Shown here piece by piece: positions 37,998 to 48,616 of a stretch of DNA of 64,000 bases. Source of the DNA: an uncultured Gammaproteobacteria bacterium (GTDB lineage: Bacteria > Patescibacteriota > Patescibacteriia > S139-126). Positions within the stretch are counted from its first letter, which is position 1, and each line of letters starts with the position of its first letter. The translations under genes were made by a program, and so were the position numbers. Under the pieces are notes generated by a model, which worked only from the letters and a program-made list of their open reading frames with translations, searched no databases and was not told the DNA's origin. The stretch spans positions 90,890 through 154,889 of the forward strand of contig CAZUKA010000001.1 of NCBI GenBank assembly GCA_964620905.1, written 5' to 3'.

Positions 37998-38342
37998 ATG
38001 AATAGTATCCAATATCTCTTATTGATTATTATTGTTTTTGTTTTATGGCGCGTATGGGCACGTAAGCGTGCACAAGAAATAGATAATCGAGTTTGGTTGG
38101 GTTGGACTATTTTTTGGTTGCTGGCGGGAGTGGCGACATTTTTGCCGCAAACAGCTGATCTAATTGCTAGTCGTTTGGGATTGACTTCTGGTCGTGGTGT
38201 TGATTTGATAGTTTATATTTCCATCCCTTTATTGTTTTATGTTTTATTCCGTTTATTGGTTAAAATTGATAGGTTAGAACAGAATCTGACCAAAATTATT
38301 AGACATTTAGCCATCAAAGAAAAAACTGAAAAAAAAGATTAA
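37998..38342 (+). CDS. DUF2304 family small membrane protein
   Basis: Three TMs, GRGVDL, LEQNLTKIIRHLA; follows the DPM1-like GT2. Confidence 0.78.
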   Translation: MNSIQYLLLIIIVFVLWRVWARKRAQEIDNRVWLGWTIFWLLAGVATFLPQTADLIASRLGLTSGRGVDLIVYISIPLLFYVLFRLLVKIDRLEQNLTKIIRHLAIKEKTEKKD

Positions 38343-38343
38343 T

Positions 38344-39378
38344 ATGTCGCCAGTCGTAGTTATTATTGTTACATACAATAACCGACAACAAATTGGTGAT
38401 TGTTTGCAATCGGTACAAAACCAAACTTTCAAAGGTGGTTACCAGGTGGTAGTAGTTGATAATAGTTCAACCGACAATACAGCCCAGTTTGTACAAAAAA
38501 ATTTTCCCGCAGTAATATTGCTTCAAAATAAAAATAATGGTTATGCGGGGGGAAATAATTTAGGTATAATTTGGGCAAAAAATCAAGGATTTAGTCGGGT
38601 GGTGTTATTGAACCCAGATATGACAGTGGCGGCTGATTGGTTGGAAGAATTGATCAAAGTAGCTGAGTCCTCACCACGAATAGGTATGGTTCAAGCCAAA
38701 GTTCTTTTTTTTGAAGAAAAATATCGAATCAATACTATTGGCAATCCTTTGCATTTTGTTGGTTTTTCTTGGTCAGGAGGATTCAAACAGTTGAGTAGTA
38801 AATATTTAAATTCTGGTCCGATTTCAGTAGCTTCTGGCAGCAGTGTACTTATTAAGACTGAGTTGTTGGATAAAATCGGTTTATTCAATGAGAAGTATTT
38901 TATGTATCACGAAGATGTGGATCTTAGTTGGCGAACTTGGTTAGCAGGTTATCAAGTATATTTATCAGCTAACGCCAAAGCTTATCATAAATACAGTTTT
39001 TCTTTTGGAACTAAAAAATTTTATTATGTTGAACGTAATCGATTAGCACTGATTTTTACTAATTATCGTTTACTGACTATTTTATTTTTACTTCCGTTTA
39101 TATTGTTTACAGAAGCTGCTATGCTGGTCTATGCTTTTTTTACCGGTTGGACAAAATACAAATTGAAGTCTTGGTTGGGCTTTGTGTGGCTGCTGCCAAA
39201 TATTATCAGCCGACGTTGGTCACTGAGAAAGATAAGAAAAGTAAAAGATCGGGATATTTTTTCACTGCAAATTGCGAAATTAGAATTTGAAGCAATAAGC
39301 AGTCCTTTTCTTAAATATGCCTATAATCCTTTAGCAGTTGTTTATTTTAATTTTATTAGATTATTAGTTCGTTGGTAG
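38344..39378 (+). CDS. Glycosyltransferase family 2 (rhamnosyltransferase-like)
   Basis: IVTYN, GYAGGNN, LNPD, YFMYHEDVDL. Confidence 0.88.
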   Translation: MSPVVVIIVTYNNRQQIGDCLQSVQNQTFKGGYQVVVVDNSSTDNTAQFVQKNFPAVILLQNKNNGYAGGNNLGIIWAKNQGFSRVVLLNPDMTVAADWLEELIKVAESSPRIGMVQAKVLFFEEKYRINTIGNPLHFVGFSWSGGFKQLSSKYLNSGPISVASGSSVLIKTELLDKIGLFNEKYFMYHEDVDLSWRTWLAGYQVYLSANAKAYHKYSFSFGTKKFYYVERNRLALIFTNYRLLTILFLLPFILFTEAAMLVYAFFTGWTKYKLKSWLGFVWLLPNIISRRWSLRKIRKVKDRDIFSLQIAKLEFEAISSPFLKYAYNPLAVVYFNFIRLLVRW

Positions 39379-39382
39379 AATT

Positions 39383-40489
39383 ATGAAAATTGCTCAAATA
39401 TCAGCAGTTTTTCCCCCCTATCGGGGAGGGATTGGACAAGTGGCTTATAATTATACCCAAGGTTTATATGATTTGGGTGAAAAAGTAGAGGCTTTGACGA
39501 TTAACTATGGTCTTAAGCAAACCTACAAATTTCCTGTTCACTATCTTCGCGCTTGGATACGTTGGGGAAAAGCAGGTTTTTGTCCTCAATTATTATGGCG
39601 ACTGAATAAATATGATATTGTACAATTGCACTATCCGGCTTTTGGCCTGGCAGAAACTGTTTGGTTGTGGCGTCGTTTAAATAAGAATAAAAAATTATTT
39701 TTATTTTATCATCACGATTTAATTGGACAAGGTATTTTAGGTAATATATTTTCTTTCTATCAAACATTTTTTTTGCCACTATTACTGCGACAAGCCGACG
39801 TAATCATGGTGTCTTCATTTGATTATGCAGCAAGTAGTCAAATAAAAAAATATTATCAACAACGACCAGAAAAATTTGTCGCTCTTCCTTTTGGTGCTAA
39901 AGAAATTTATCAACCAGCCCAAGACAGAATTGCCCAACAACCTATTGAGAAAAATATTTTGTTTGTAGGTGGACTGGATCGTAATCACTATTTTAAAGGT
40001 GTAGATAAATTAATATCTGCCTGTGGTTTATTGCACTTTAGTAATTGGCGTCTACTGATTGTGGGCAGTGGAGAGTTAGTTGATCATTACCAGTCCTTAG
40101 CTGAAGAGTTAGGTATTGCAGATAAAGTTGTTTTTAGGGGAGGAATAGTCGATGAAGAGTTGGTACGTTTGTATCAACAAGCAACGGTTTTTTGTTTACC
40201 CAGCATTGATCAGACTGAAGCTTTTGGTATTGTTTTAGTGGAAGCGATGGCCTGCGGACTTCCGGTGATTGCCTCTGATTTGCCCGGCGTGAGATCAGTA
40301 GTTGAAAATGGTCAATCTGGTTATTTAGTTAAACCTAAAGATGTTAAGGACTTAGCAAGTAAAATTGAAAAAATTTTAACTGATGACAATTTGGGAAAAT
40401 TTTTCAGTCAGCAGTCTAGCCTGCGGGTGGAAAAATTTTATCGTTGGCCGGAAATTATCAAAAAATTAAAAACCATCTATCAAGTTTGA
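39383..40489 (+). CDS. Glycosyltransferase family 4
   Basis: FPPYRGG, FKG, EAFGIVLVEAMACG. Confidence 0.9.
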   Translation: MKIAQISAVFPPYRGGIGQVAYNYTQGLYDLGEKVEALTINYGLKQTYKFPVHYLRAWIRWGKAGFCPQLLWRLNKYDIVQLHYPAFGLAETVWLWRRLNKNKKLFLFYHHDLIGQGILGNIFSFYQTFFLPLLLRQADVIMVSSFDYAASSQIKKYYQQRPEKFVALPFGAKEIYQPAQDRIAQQPIEKNILFVGGLDRNHYFKGVDKLISACGLLHFSNWRLLIVGSGELVDHYQSLAEELGIADKVVFRGGIVDEELVRLYQQATVFCLPSIDQTEAFGIVLVEAMACGLPVIASDLPGVRSVVENGQSGYLVKPKDVKDLASKIEKILTDDNLGKFFSQQSSLRVEKFYRWPEIIKKLKTIYQV

Positions 40490-40491
40490 AT

Positions 40492-42717
40492 ATGTTTGGG
40501 GTAGAAACTGTCAATCAATATAAAAAAATTATTAACTTGGTTTTTGTAGTTAACTTGGTTTTTTTAATTATTAATTTTTTATTTTACAAAATTTCCTTTT
40601 TGGTTTTTTTTGGTTTTTTACTTTGCCTTATTTTAGCTGGAATTTATTGGGGGACGCTGTATCAACGCTTATTATCCTTACGAATTTTTACTTCTTTGGT
40701 TTTTGGTTATTTGACTTTGTTTTATTTATTAAGTTTTACTATTTCTATTTTTGTTAATTTTTACAAATATGATGAACTATTTTCTTTGCTGTCAGTTGTG
40801 GTACTGGGTGTAATTTCTTATTTAATTGGTTTTAAATATAATTGGCTTGATGATTTACCTGAATCAAAAACAGCGGAGTTGGTTATCAGACCTCCCTTTT
40901 ACTTGGTGGTAGCTTTACCATTATTGTTGTTTGTGAGCTTAGTGCTTTTATTTTTGTCACGGAGCGAAGAATATTTGATTACTCCCTGGCAGGTGATTCC
41001 TAAAATTTACATTTATTTATTTTTATTAATCACTTTTACGGTTAGTTCCTTGTTGTTCAGCCGATTGAAAACTGGCGTAGTAATATTTTTAATTATTATT
41101 CACTCTTATTTTTTACATGCTTATTTACCCTTAGTATATGAGACCGGTTTTGGTGGTGATAAATGGCGTCATTTAGCCTCAGAAAAATTTTTGGCTGCTG
41201 GTGAAATCTATAGCCCAAGTTTAATTGGCGAGCCGATTAAAATGGTGACTTTGGGTCCAATTAGTTTACCCGAAGTATTGGTAGCTGGCAATAAAACTTC
41301 ATATGGAAATCAATGGGGCTTAACTTTACTACTGAGTGAATTTTTATCAATAGATATTTTTTGGATTGATTATTGGTTAATTTTTGGGTTGTGGTCGTTT
41401 TTTGTGCCCTTACTTTTATATCATTTGTCGGGGTTGATATATAATAAAAAACAGTTTAGGTTGTTAGTATCGTTTTTGCCCACATTGTTTTACACCTTAC
41501 AAGTATTTGGTGCTATCACCATCCCAGTATCTTTGGGGGCAATTTATTTTCTGCTGATTTTATACTTGTGGTTTTATTATTTGCGTTACCAGGAAAGGCG
41601 AGTAAGAAATTTGGCAATAATTTTAACTTTATTTTCTTATTTGGGTTATGTTCTTTATTTTATTTTATTATTAGTAATTGGTTTGGGATGCTTACTTATT
41701 GGGGAAATAAAAAAAATAAAAATACAACGATTTTTATTAATTTTATTTATCGCTGGATCCTGTTTGGTTATTCCGGCATTGGAATCATTGATGGGCTATG
41801 GCAGTTTAAAGGCAGAAGTTTTTTCTTCGCCTCAAGGAATAATTTATCAAACGGCTGAAGCTTTTGGAACTTTAACTGGGGTGGTAGCTTTTATTCCTAG
41901 ACCCACTCATATTGATCAAGGCAACTGGCTTTATAATCAAACTCGACAAACCCAGAGTCAGGCTTCTTTGTTTGGTCTGCGCATTCTTCCCTTTTTTTTC
42001 ACCGGCTTGGTTTGGTTATTGGCTTTATTGGGTATACAAAAAATTAGAAAGCTTGATAATAAAAAAATTGCTTGGTTTATCTTGGTAGCTTTAGGAATTA
42101 TGATTTTTAGTTATGTTTTTTCCTGGTATTTTATGACGGGCAATCATATTTTAGCTAGACGTTTGGATGTAACAATAACTTTTTTTTGGTTGATTCTTGT
42201 GGCTTTGGGAATTTTTTATTTACTGGAAAATGTTTTTACCAAGGTTGATGAGTTTACAAAAGTTTATGCTATTGCTGTTATGTTGGCGGTAGTGGCAGCG
42301 TCGACTTATAGTTCTGGGCCGGTTTTAGAAGTAGTAACTAAAGACGAAGTTTCGGCGGCTGAATATGTTTGGGAAAAAATTGATAAAAACTCACCTTATT
42401 GTGTAGTAGCCAATACTTGGCCATTATTGGGGCTTGAATATGTTTCCGGTAGGAAAATAATTGCTGGCGGGTTTCCGGTTTATTTGGAGTATGCTCAGCC
42501 AGAAAGAGTAAAAATTTTTGAAGGTTTGATAAGAAAACCAAAGACTGACGATTGGTTAAAAAAAGCTTTTGAGGTAACTAAAAGTAGTGAATGTTGGTAT
42601 CTAACAGAAAAGAGATGGATGTCTGATAAAGTGTGGGAAGAAAATCTAGAAATTTTTGGGCCACCGCAAGCGCAGGTTGGGAAAGTCTTTATTTGGCAAA
42701 TAAAAGCAGGGGAATAG
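40492..42717 (+). CDS. Large polytopic membrane protein (possible GT-C-type glycosyltransferase)
   Basis: Start reassigned to ATG 40492; many TM segments; GGDKWRH loop; lies in a glycan cluster. Confidence 0.6.
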   Translation: MFGVETVNQYKKIINLVFVVNLVFLIINFLFYKISFLVFFGFLLCLILAGIYWGTLYQRLLSLRIFTSLVFGYLTLFYLLSFTISIFVNFYKYDELFSLLSVVVLGVISYLIGFKYNWLDDLPESKTAELVIRPPFYLVVALPLLLFVSLVLLFLSRSEEYLITPWQVIPKIYIYLFLLITFTVSSLLFSRLKTGVVIFLIIIHSYFLHAYLPLVYETGFGGDKWRHLASEKFLAAGEIYSPSLIGEPIKMVTLGPISLPEVLVAGNKTSYGNQWGLTLLLSEFLSIDIFWIDYWLIFGLWSFFVPLLLYHLSGLIYNKKQFRLLVSFLPTLFYTLQVFGAITIPVSLGAIYFLLILYLWFYYLRYQERRVRNLAIILTLFSYLGYVLYFILLLVIGLGCLLIGEIKKIKIQRFLLILFIAGSCLVIPALESLMGYGSLKAEVFSSPQGIIYQTAEAFGTLTGVVAFIPRPTHIDQGNWLYNQTRQTQSQASLFGLRILPFFFTGLVWLLALLGIQKIRKLDNKKIAWFILVALGIMIFSYVFSWYFMTGNHILARRLDVTITFFWLILVALGIFYLLENVFTKVDEFTKVYAIAVMLAVVAASTYSSGPVLEVVTKDEVSAAEYVWEKIDKNSPYCVVANTWPLLGLEYVSGRKIIAGGFPVYLEYAQPERVKIFEGLIRKPKTDDWLKKAFEVTKSSECWYLTEKRWMSDKVWEENLEIFGPPQAQVGKVFIWQIKAGE

Positions 42718-42742
42718 ACCAGGTTAATATTAGAAATATTAA

Positions 42743-43762
42743 CTAATTAATATTTATAAATTTTTTTGTTGGTAAGTAATCACTGTCAACAATTTTTTTG
42801 GTGATGAAAGGTTTGATGTCGGTTGTAATTTTGGCTTGGATAACCGAACGTTTATATTTGAATTTATTTAAGTTTTTTAGAGCAGAGTAAAAGGCCGCTA
42901 CATAAGTTTTTAGTTGTTTTCTTTTTAAACAGTTTAGCTTAATAATAATTTGTCCCATTAGTAAAAATGGTCCGTATTGCCACCAAACTTTAGTAGGAAA
43001 ATTTTTGTAAAGAGCAAAAATTAAATTGCGATAAGTATGATATATTGCAAAGTCAGACATTACAGCGGTAGTAGCGGAACCTTTGTGATAGCAAATAGCA
43101 TCAGCTGCTAGAATAGCTTGGAAACCAAAAAGCCTGGCTCTGAATCCTAAATCAAAATCTTCCGCATAGGCAAAAAAACTGGAATCAAAATAATCATAAA
43201 CAATTCTTGATTCAAAACCAGTTGAAACTTGCTTTTCTTCGCGACATTTTTCTAGTAATTTGCGGCTGTAAAGGGCAGCGCCAGCTGACGGGCAAAACAA
43301 AATTTTTCCTGAAGATTTGATATTGAAAGTAAGTCCAGACATCATTAGTTCAATTCCCAAACAATCAGTTTCGCTAGGTTTGTCCATTTTCATCATTTTC
43401 GCCTGTACCATATCAATTTGACTAGTGGTGGTAGCGTTGACTAATTCTTGTAAAAAATTAACTTCTACTACAATGTCATTGTTTAAGGTGATAACGTATT
43501 CAATGTTATTGTCAGCTAGAGCTTGCCTGATATTGATATTGTTGCCTTCGGCAAAGCCTTTATTTTCTGGCAAAATATTTATTGTAATGTTTTTTTCTTG
43601 AGCGTATAGGTTTTGCAAAGTGATTTCGTCCGAGTGGACTGCTCCTTGAATCAGCAAATGAATATGAAAAAATTTATAACTTTGTTTTTTTAAAGATTCT
43701 AAACAGTTGATGGTCAATTGGGTGTTTTTATGATGGAGAATAGAGATAGCAACTTTATTCAT
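42743..43762 (-). CDS. Glycosyltransferase family 2
   Basis: GFAEGNN, LNND, FFAYAEDFDL. Confidence 0.88.
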   Translation of the reverse strand: MNKVAISILHHKNTQLTINCLESLKKQSYKFFHIHLLIQGAVHSDEITLQNLYAQEKNITINILPENKGFAEGNNINIRQALADNNIEYVITLNNDIVVEVNFLQELVNATTTSQIDMVQAKMMKMDKPSETDCLGIELMMSGLTFNIKSSGKILFCPSAGAALYSRKLLEKCREEKQVSTGFESRIVYDYFDSSFFAYAEDFDLGFRARLFGFQAILAADAICYHKGSATTAVMSDFAIYHTYRNLIFALYKNFPTKVWWQYGPFLLMGQIIIKLNCLKRKQLKTYVAAFYSALKNLNKFKYKRSVIQAKITTDIKPFITKKIVDSDYLPTKKFININ

Positions 43763-43765
43763 ATA

Positions 43766-45049
43766 TTAAATTGGTTTGTTTAATTTGGGCATAGGAATCT
43801 CTTTTATTTGAATAAATTTTTTGTTCAAATAGTATTCCACAGCCAAAAATATCAAAAGACCGGTAATAATTTCTGTTAGTACTGTTGACCAGGCTGCACC
43901 CAGATAAGAAAATTTTGGTATCCAAAAAAAATTAAGAATAACATTTATCACTAAACCTAAAAAAGTTGCCAAGGTATAGGCAATTTGTTTACCCAAGGCG
44001 TTCAAAGTATAGAGCCAGACATGAGCGAGAAAGGAAAAAAATACGGCTAAAGACAAAATATAAAATATTTTGACCGCTGGAAGAAAGTCAGGTCCATAAA
44101 GATAAACAATCAACCATTTAGCAATCAAAGTAGATAGTCCAAGTATTATTAGTCCTGCGCCAGTCATTAAATATAAAGTTTGGCGATATAATAGGCGAAA
44201 TTTAGTGATAGATTCTTTGGCTAAGAGCGATAGTTTGGGAAAAACTGACATAATCAAAATGTAAGCTACAAAAGTCAAGGAAAAGATCAGCAAATAGGCA
44301 GCGTTGTATAAACCAGTATCTAGGTCGCCTTTCAGTAAGGAAAGCATTACGGTATCAATACGAAAATAAATAATCACAAACATATTAGCCAACGCTAGTG
44401 GCCAAGCTTGACGAATAATTTGTTTGATAAAATGATTATCCCAATGCCAAGCTAAAACGTTGTATTTCTTTTTAATCAGCCAGCTACTGATTAGCAAAGA
44501 ATAACAACCAGCTATAAAGTATGCCCAAACGACCGAAGATAGAGATTTTTGCCAGACAGCAAAAATAATAATAAGAAACAGTAATAGGTGCTGACTGATT
44601 TTTATTAAAGTTTCATATTTGAAATGTTCATAAGCACGAAAAACAGCGCGCATAAGTTCGGCTGCGGTGTAAACTAGTAAATAAGCCCCGGCAATTAATA
44701 TTAATTGTTTAATGTTTATTGGTTTGTTTATCAGCCAGGTAACAGTTACAATTAAAATATAGACTAAAACACTCCAAATAAGTTTAAATGATAAGTAGTT
44801 TCCTAAGATTTTTTTGGCATTGTCTTTGTCAACACTGATATCACGTACAGCTAATAGAGTTAAACCAAAATCAGCCACTACTTGCCAAATTTGGGCGTAA
44901 GCTAAAATAAAAGCAAATTGGCCATAAACCGTACTACCCAAATTTCTAGCTATCAGTACGCTGATAAAAAAAAGTATCAGCATAGATATACCTTCGGACA
45001 GAGCTAAAAAAGAAGTATTTTTTTTCAGGATTTTCTGTAAAGAGACCAT
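43766..45049 (-). CDS. Wzx-type polysaccharide flippase
   Basis: IARNLG..YG, DFGL, YFRIDTVML, GLYNAAY, GAAWST. Confidence 0.88.
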   Translation of the reverse strand: MVSLQKILKKNTSFLALSEGISMLILFFISVLIARNLGSTVYGQFAFILAYAQIWQVVADFGLTLLAVRDISVDKDNAKKILGNYLSFKLIWSVLVYILIVTVTWLINKPINIKQLILIAGAYLLVYTAAELMRAVFRAYEHFKYETLIKISQHLLLFLIIIFAVWQKSLSSVVWAYFIAGCYSLLISSWLIKKKYNVLAWHWDNHFIKQIIRQAWPLALANMFVIIYFRIDTVMLSLLKGDLDTGLYNAAYLLIFSLTFVAYILIMSVFPKLSLLAKESITKFRLLYRQTLYLMTGAGLIILGLSTLIAKWLIVYLYGPDFLPAVKIFYILSLAVFFSFLAHVWLYTLNALGKQIAYTLATFLGLVINVILNFFWIPKFSYLGAAWSTVLTEIITGLLIFLAVEYYLNKKFIQIKEIPMPKLNKPI

Positions 45050-45119
45050 ACATATATTGTAGCAGGAAAATATTTTTGTAGGAATGAAAAATCTGTTTAA
45101 TTTGTTATAATAGTATCAA

Positions 45120-45953
45120 ATGACTAAAACTGACAAAATAACTCGTTTTTTGAATTTAGCTATTGCCTTGGCTTCAGTTTTCTTTTTAGTTTACTTAATT
45201 TGGTATGATATTAATCCAAAAGGTATTCGAGATATTAGTCATGCCATTGATAAACATCATACTCTGGTAAATGGACCAGTTCCAGTTGATCGTTTACAGA
45301 CATCTGAGGACTATTGGGAAATATTTATTGATCCGGTGTATTTTGATTTATATATTCCCAGACTTTATCAAAGAATTAATTTTTCTTTGTTGATGAAAAA
45401 TCCAGGTCAACCAGTAGTAGAGCTTGGAGGGCTAGGGAGTGATCAGGGTTGGCAGATAACACTCAAACCAGGGATCAATGACTTTATTGATAATCTAAAT
45501 CTGGACTGCCAAGATTTTTCCGAAGTGCAAATTTGTGCTGGAAAAAAAGTATTACCTGCTGACTTAACTGCCTGGGATGAAATTTTATTACTTTACCCCG
45601 ATGCTGTGTATTCTACTTATTTTTTTGCTGATCAGAAACTTGCTAATCATCAAGTAATAAATTGGGACAATAAATTTACCAATTCAGATTTTGATTTTTT
45701 ACTTACCACCTATCGAAAGCCAGTTGTTTTGAGTGAAGGTTGGCGGTTGGTACAAGCAACTTTTTATCCCAATGAATTGTGGCTGGCAGGGCATATTTAT
45801 AAATTTGTCATTTCCGCGCCCAATCTAGCTGAATCTGGTGGTCGAGTGCTGATACGTCGAGTTGATTTTTCTTTGGTTAAGGAACCAATTACCCTAAATA
45901 ATCTGGGAATAAAATTAACCCGTTTTTGGCAGCGCTTTAAAAACAAATGGTGA
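45120..45953 (+). CDS. Hypothetical membrane-anchored protein
   Basis: 277-aa ORF with N-terminal TM. Confidence 0.7.
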   Translation: MTKTDKITRFLNLAIALASVFFLVYLIWYDINPKGIRDISHAIDKHHTLVNGPVPVDRLQTSEDYWEIFIDPVYFDLYIPRLYQRINFSLLMKNPGQPVVELGGLGSDQGWQITLKPGINDFIDNLNLDCQDFSEVQICAGKKVLPADLTAWDEILLLYPDAVYSTYFFADQKLANHQVINWDNKFTNSDFDFLLTTYRKPVVLSEGWRLVQATFYPNELWLAGHIYKFVISAPNLAESGGRVLIRRVDFSLVKEPITLNNLGIKLTRFWQRFKNKW

Positions 45954-45957
45954 AAAT

Positions 45958-46323
45958 ATGTCAAAATATTATTTGACTAGAACAATTAAGGTACTTTTAT
46001 TTTGGAGTTTGGCTTTATTTATCGGTCTTTTGTTATTGGAAGATTTAAAACCTTTTTTAGTAAGGATTCATTTTTCACCACATTGGTTGGTTGTGGTCAT
46101 AGTTTTGCTCTTTTTACTTCAACTTTTTACCAATGACAGTTGGCAACCAAAAATACCCAGTAAAAAAAGATTAATTCTTTTTTCTTGGTTAGTAGCAATA
46201 GCTTGTTGTCTGATTGTTTATTTTCTAGCAACAAATAAAGTGTTTGGCATTTTGTCTGGAATCTTGTTATTTTTTTTAGTCTTATTTATTAATCGTTTTT
46301 GGTTGAAAAACTTATTGTTCTGA
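45958..46323 (+). CDS. Hypothetical membrane protein
   Basis: 121-aa ORF with four hydrophobic segments. Confidence 0.65.
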   Translation: MSKYYLTRTIKVLLFWSLALFIGLLLLEDLKPFLVRIHFSPHWLVVVIVLLFLLQLFTNDSWQPKIPSKKRLILFSWLVAIACCLIVYFLATNKVFGILSGILLFFLVLFINRFWLKNLLF

Positions 46324-46361
46324 TTTGCCACTCTAAAGATTATCATTTAATATATAGACAC

Positions 46362-46853
46362 ATGATTGACGGAGTAATAATAAAAAAATTAAAAGTTCAT
46401 GCTGACATACCAGATACCGACGAAATTTTGTCGCAACCTGGGTTTTTGATGGAAGTATTACGAGCTGATGACAAATTACTCAAAAAATTTGGACAAACAA
46501 CTTTTACTGTCGCTTATAAAGGTACCATCAAAGCTTTTCATTTCCATGCGAAACAGGATGATTTATGGTTTGTAGCCACGGGGAAAGCTATGGTTGTATT
46601 ATATGATTTAAGAGAAGGTTCACCCACCCAAGGTCAAACCCAAGTTATTTGCGCAGGTGAGGGTGATTATAAGTTGATAGTTATTCCGGTTGGCGTGGCT
46701 CATGGTTATAAAGTTTTATCCACTGAGCCAGTATTGCTTTTTTATCATACAACTGAAAGTTATAACTCTTCTAATCCAGATGAAAAAAGAATCGCTTTTG
46801 ATGATGATAAAATTGGTTTTGATTGGAATAGTAAACCAATAGTTAAGGATTAA
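46362..46853 (+). CDS. rfbC: dTDP-4-dehydrorhamnose 3,5-epimerase (RmlC/SpsL-like cupin)
   Basis: Start ATG 46362 (MIDGVIIK); IKAFHFH, YDLREGSPT, IPVGVAHG. Confidence 0.85.
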   Translation: MIDGVIIKKLKVHADIPDTDEILSQPGFLMEVLRADDKLLKKFGQTTFTVAYKGTIKAFHFHAKQDDLWFVATGKAMVVLYDLREGSPTQGQTQVICAGEGDYKLIVIPVGVAHGYKVLSTEPVLLFYHTTESYNSSNPDEKRIAFDDDKIGFDWNSKPIVKD

Positions 46854-46910
46854 TACTACTTCGTAATTCTTAATTTGTAATTCTTAATACTAAATTCTTA
46901 ATTCTAAATT
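46851..46910. repeat. Heptamer array (TAATTCT-like)n
   Basis: taattct taatttg taattct taatact aaattct taattct. Confidence 0.6.
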
Positions 46911-47327
46911 ATGCATGACTGTATTTTTTGTAAAATTGTAGTCGGTGAAATACCTAGCGAAAAAGTTTATGAAGATGAAAACACGGTAGCTTTTTTGGAT
47001 ATTTCACCGGTTACCAAAGGGCACGTTTTAGTTATTCCTAAAAAACATTATAAAGATTTATTGGAAACACCACTACTTGAACTTGAAGGTTGTTTGAAAA
47101 CAATAAAAAAAATAGCCCCTAAACTTATGGTGGCATTAGAAGCCGATGGATTTAATATTGGTTTAAATAATGGTCAAGCTTCGGGACAGGTAGTGAAACA
47201 TCTTCATTTTCATATTATTCCTCGTTTTGATAGTGACAATTTAAGAATGTGGGAAGGACAGGCTTATCAAGCAGGAGAGATGAATGATTATGGTAATAAA
47301 ATAAGAAAATTTACAATTGAATTATGA
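46911..47327 (+). CDS. HIT family hydrolase
   Basis: CIFCKI, GHVLVIPK, HLHFHIIPR. Confidence 0.93.
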   Translation: MHDCIFCKIVVGEIPSEKVYEDENTVAFLDISPVTKGHVLVIPKKHYKDLLETPLLELEGCLKTIKKIAPKLMVALEADGFNIGLNNGQASGQVVKHLHFHIIPRFDSDNLRMWEGQAYQAGEMNDYGNKIRKFTIEL

Positions 47328-48580
47328 TTAAAAGTAAAATAAAAAATATTCATCTAGCCGAAGCAGGTAGAAAAAAAATTATTTGGGCAAAAAAAGCCAT
47401 GCCCGTGCTTGATTATTTACAAAGAAAATATAAACAAACTAAACCGTTGCACGGTTTAAATATTGCTGCTTGTATGCATGTTACCAGTGAAACGGCCAAT
47501 CTGATGATTTTATTGAAAAGTTCTGGAGCTAAGGTAAAACTTTCAGCTTCCAATCCTTTGTCCACTCAGGACGAAATCGCTGCCAGCTTGGTAAAGGACT
47601 ATGGAATCAGTGTGTTTGCTGTTAGAGGTGCTAAAAGACAAGAATATTTTCAACAATTGCATGCTACCTTAGATAAAGACACTAATTTTACCATGGATGA
47701 TGGGGCAGATTTGGTAAAAACTTTACATAGCGAAAAAAAGTTTTTTTTAAAAAATATTTGGGGTGGTACTGAAGAAACCACTACTGGTGTTATTAGATTG
47801 AAAGCATTGGCTAAGCAAAAAAAACTGGCTTATCCGATCGTCGCTGTTAATGATGCACAGACCAAGCATTTATTTGATAATCGTTATGGTACAGGTCAAT
47901 CAACAGTGGACGGTCTAATTCGTGCCACCAATGTGTTGTTGGCCGGAAAAACTTTGGTGGTAGCAGGATATGGTTGGTGCGGACGCGGAGTAGCTATGCG
48001 AGCTAAAGGTCACGGGGCAGATGTAGTGATAACTGAAATAAATCCGGTGCGAGCTTTGGAAGCAAAAATGGACGGATTTCGCGTGTTACCGATGAGTCAG
48101 GCGGTTAAACTAGGTGATATTTTTATCACCGCAACTGGGGATATAAATGTTTTGGATGCAAAACATTTTCGCCAAATGAAAGCTGGTGCAATAATGGCTA
48201 ATACCGGTCATTTTGATGTAGAGATAAATATCAAGGCTTTGCGTAATTTAGCGCGGACTAGTAAAGAGGTTAGACCTGAAGTCACTGCTTATGAATTGCC
48301 AAATAAAGTTTTATATTTATTGTCTGAGGGCAGGCTGGTAAATCTATCAGCGGCTGAAGGTCATCCAGCGCAAGTGATGGATATGAGCTTTGCGGGTCAG
48401 TTTTTAGCAGCTAAATTTGTCAAAGACAATAAAAATAAATTAGTACCTGATGTTTATAATTTGCCAGAAAAGTTAGATTTGGAAATTGCCAAATTGAAAT
48501 TGAAAACTATGGGTGTAGCAATTGACTATTTAACTAGTGAACAGAAAAATTATTTAGCCAGTTGGGAAGTAGGTACTTAG
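47324..48580 (+). CDS. ahcY: Adenosylhomocysteinase
   Basis: SNPLSTQD, EETTTG, FDNRYGTGQS, GYGWCGRG, GRLVNL..AEGHP. Confidence 0.96.
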   Translation: MIKSKIKNIHLAEAGRKKIIWAKKAMPVLDYLQRKYKQTKPLHGLNIAACMHVTSETANLMILLKSSGAKVKLSASNPLSTQDEIAASLVKDYGISVFAVRGAKRQEYFQQLHATLDKDTNFTMDDGADLVKTLHSEKKFFLKNIWGGTEETTTGVIRLKALAKQKKLAYPIVAVNDAQTKHLFDNRYGTGQSTVDGLIRATNVLLAGKTLVVAGYGWCGRGVAMRAKGHGADVVITEINPVRALEAKMDGFRVLPMSQAVKLGDIFITATGDINVLDAKHFRQMKAGAIMANTGHFDVEINIKALRNLARTSKEVRPEVTAYELPNKVLYLLSEGRLVNLSAAEGHPAQVMDMSFAGQFLAAKFVKDNKNKLVPDVYNLPEKLDLEIAKLKLKTMGVAIDYLTSEQKNYLASWEVGT

Positions 48581-48616
48581 CTCAATTTTAAATTATAAAT
48601 TATTAATTATAAATAA

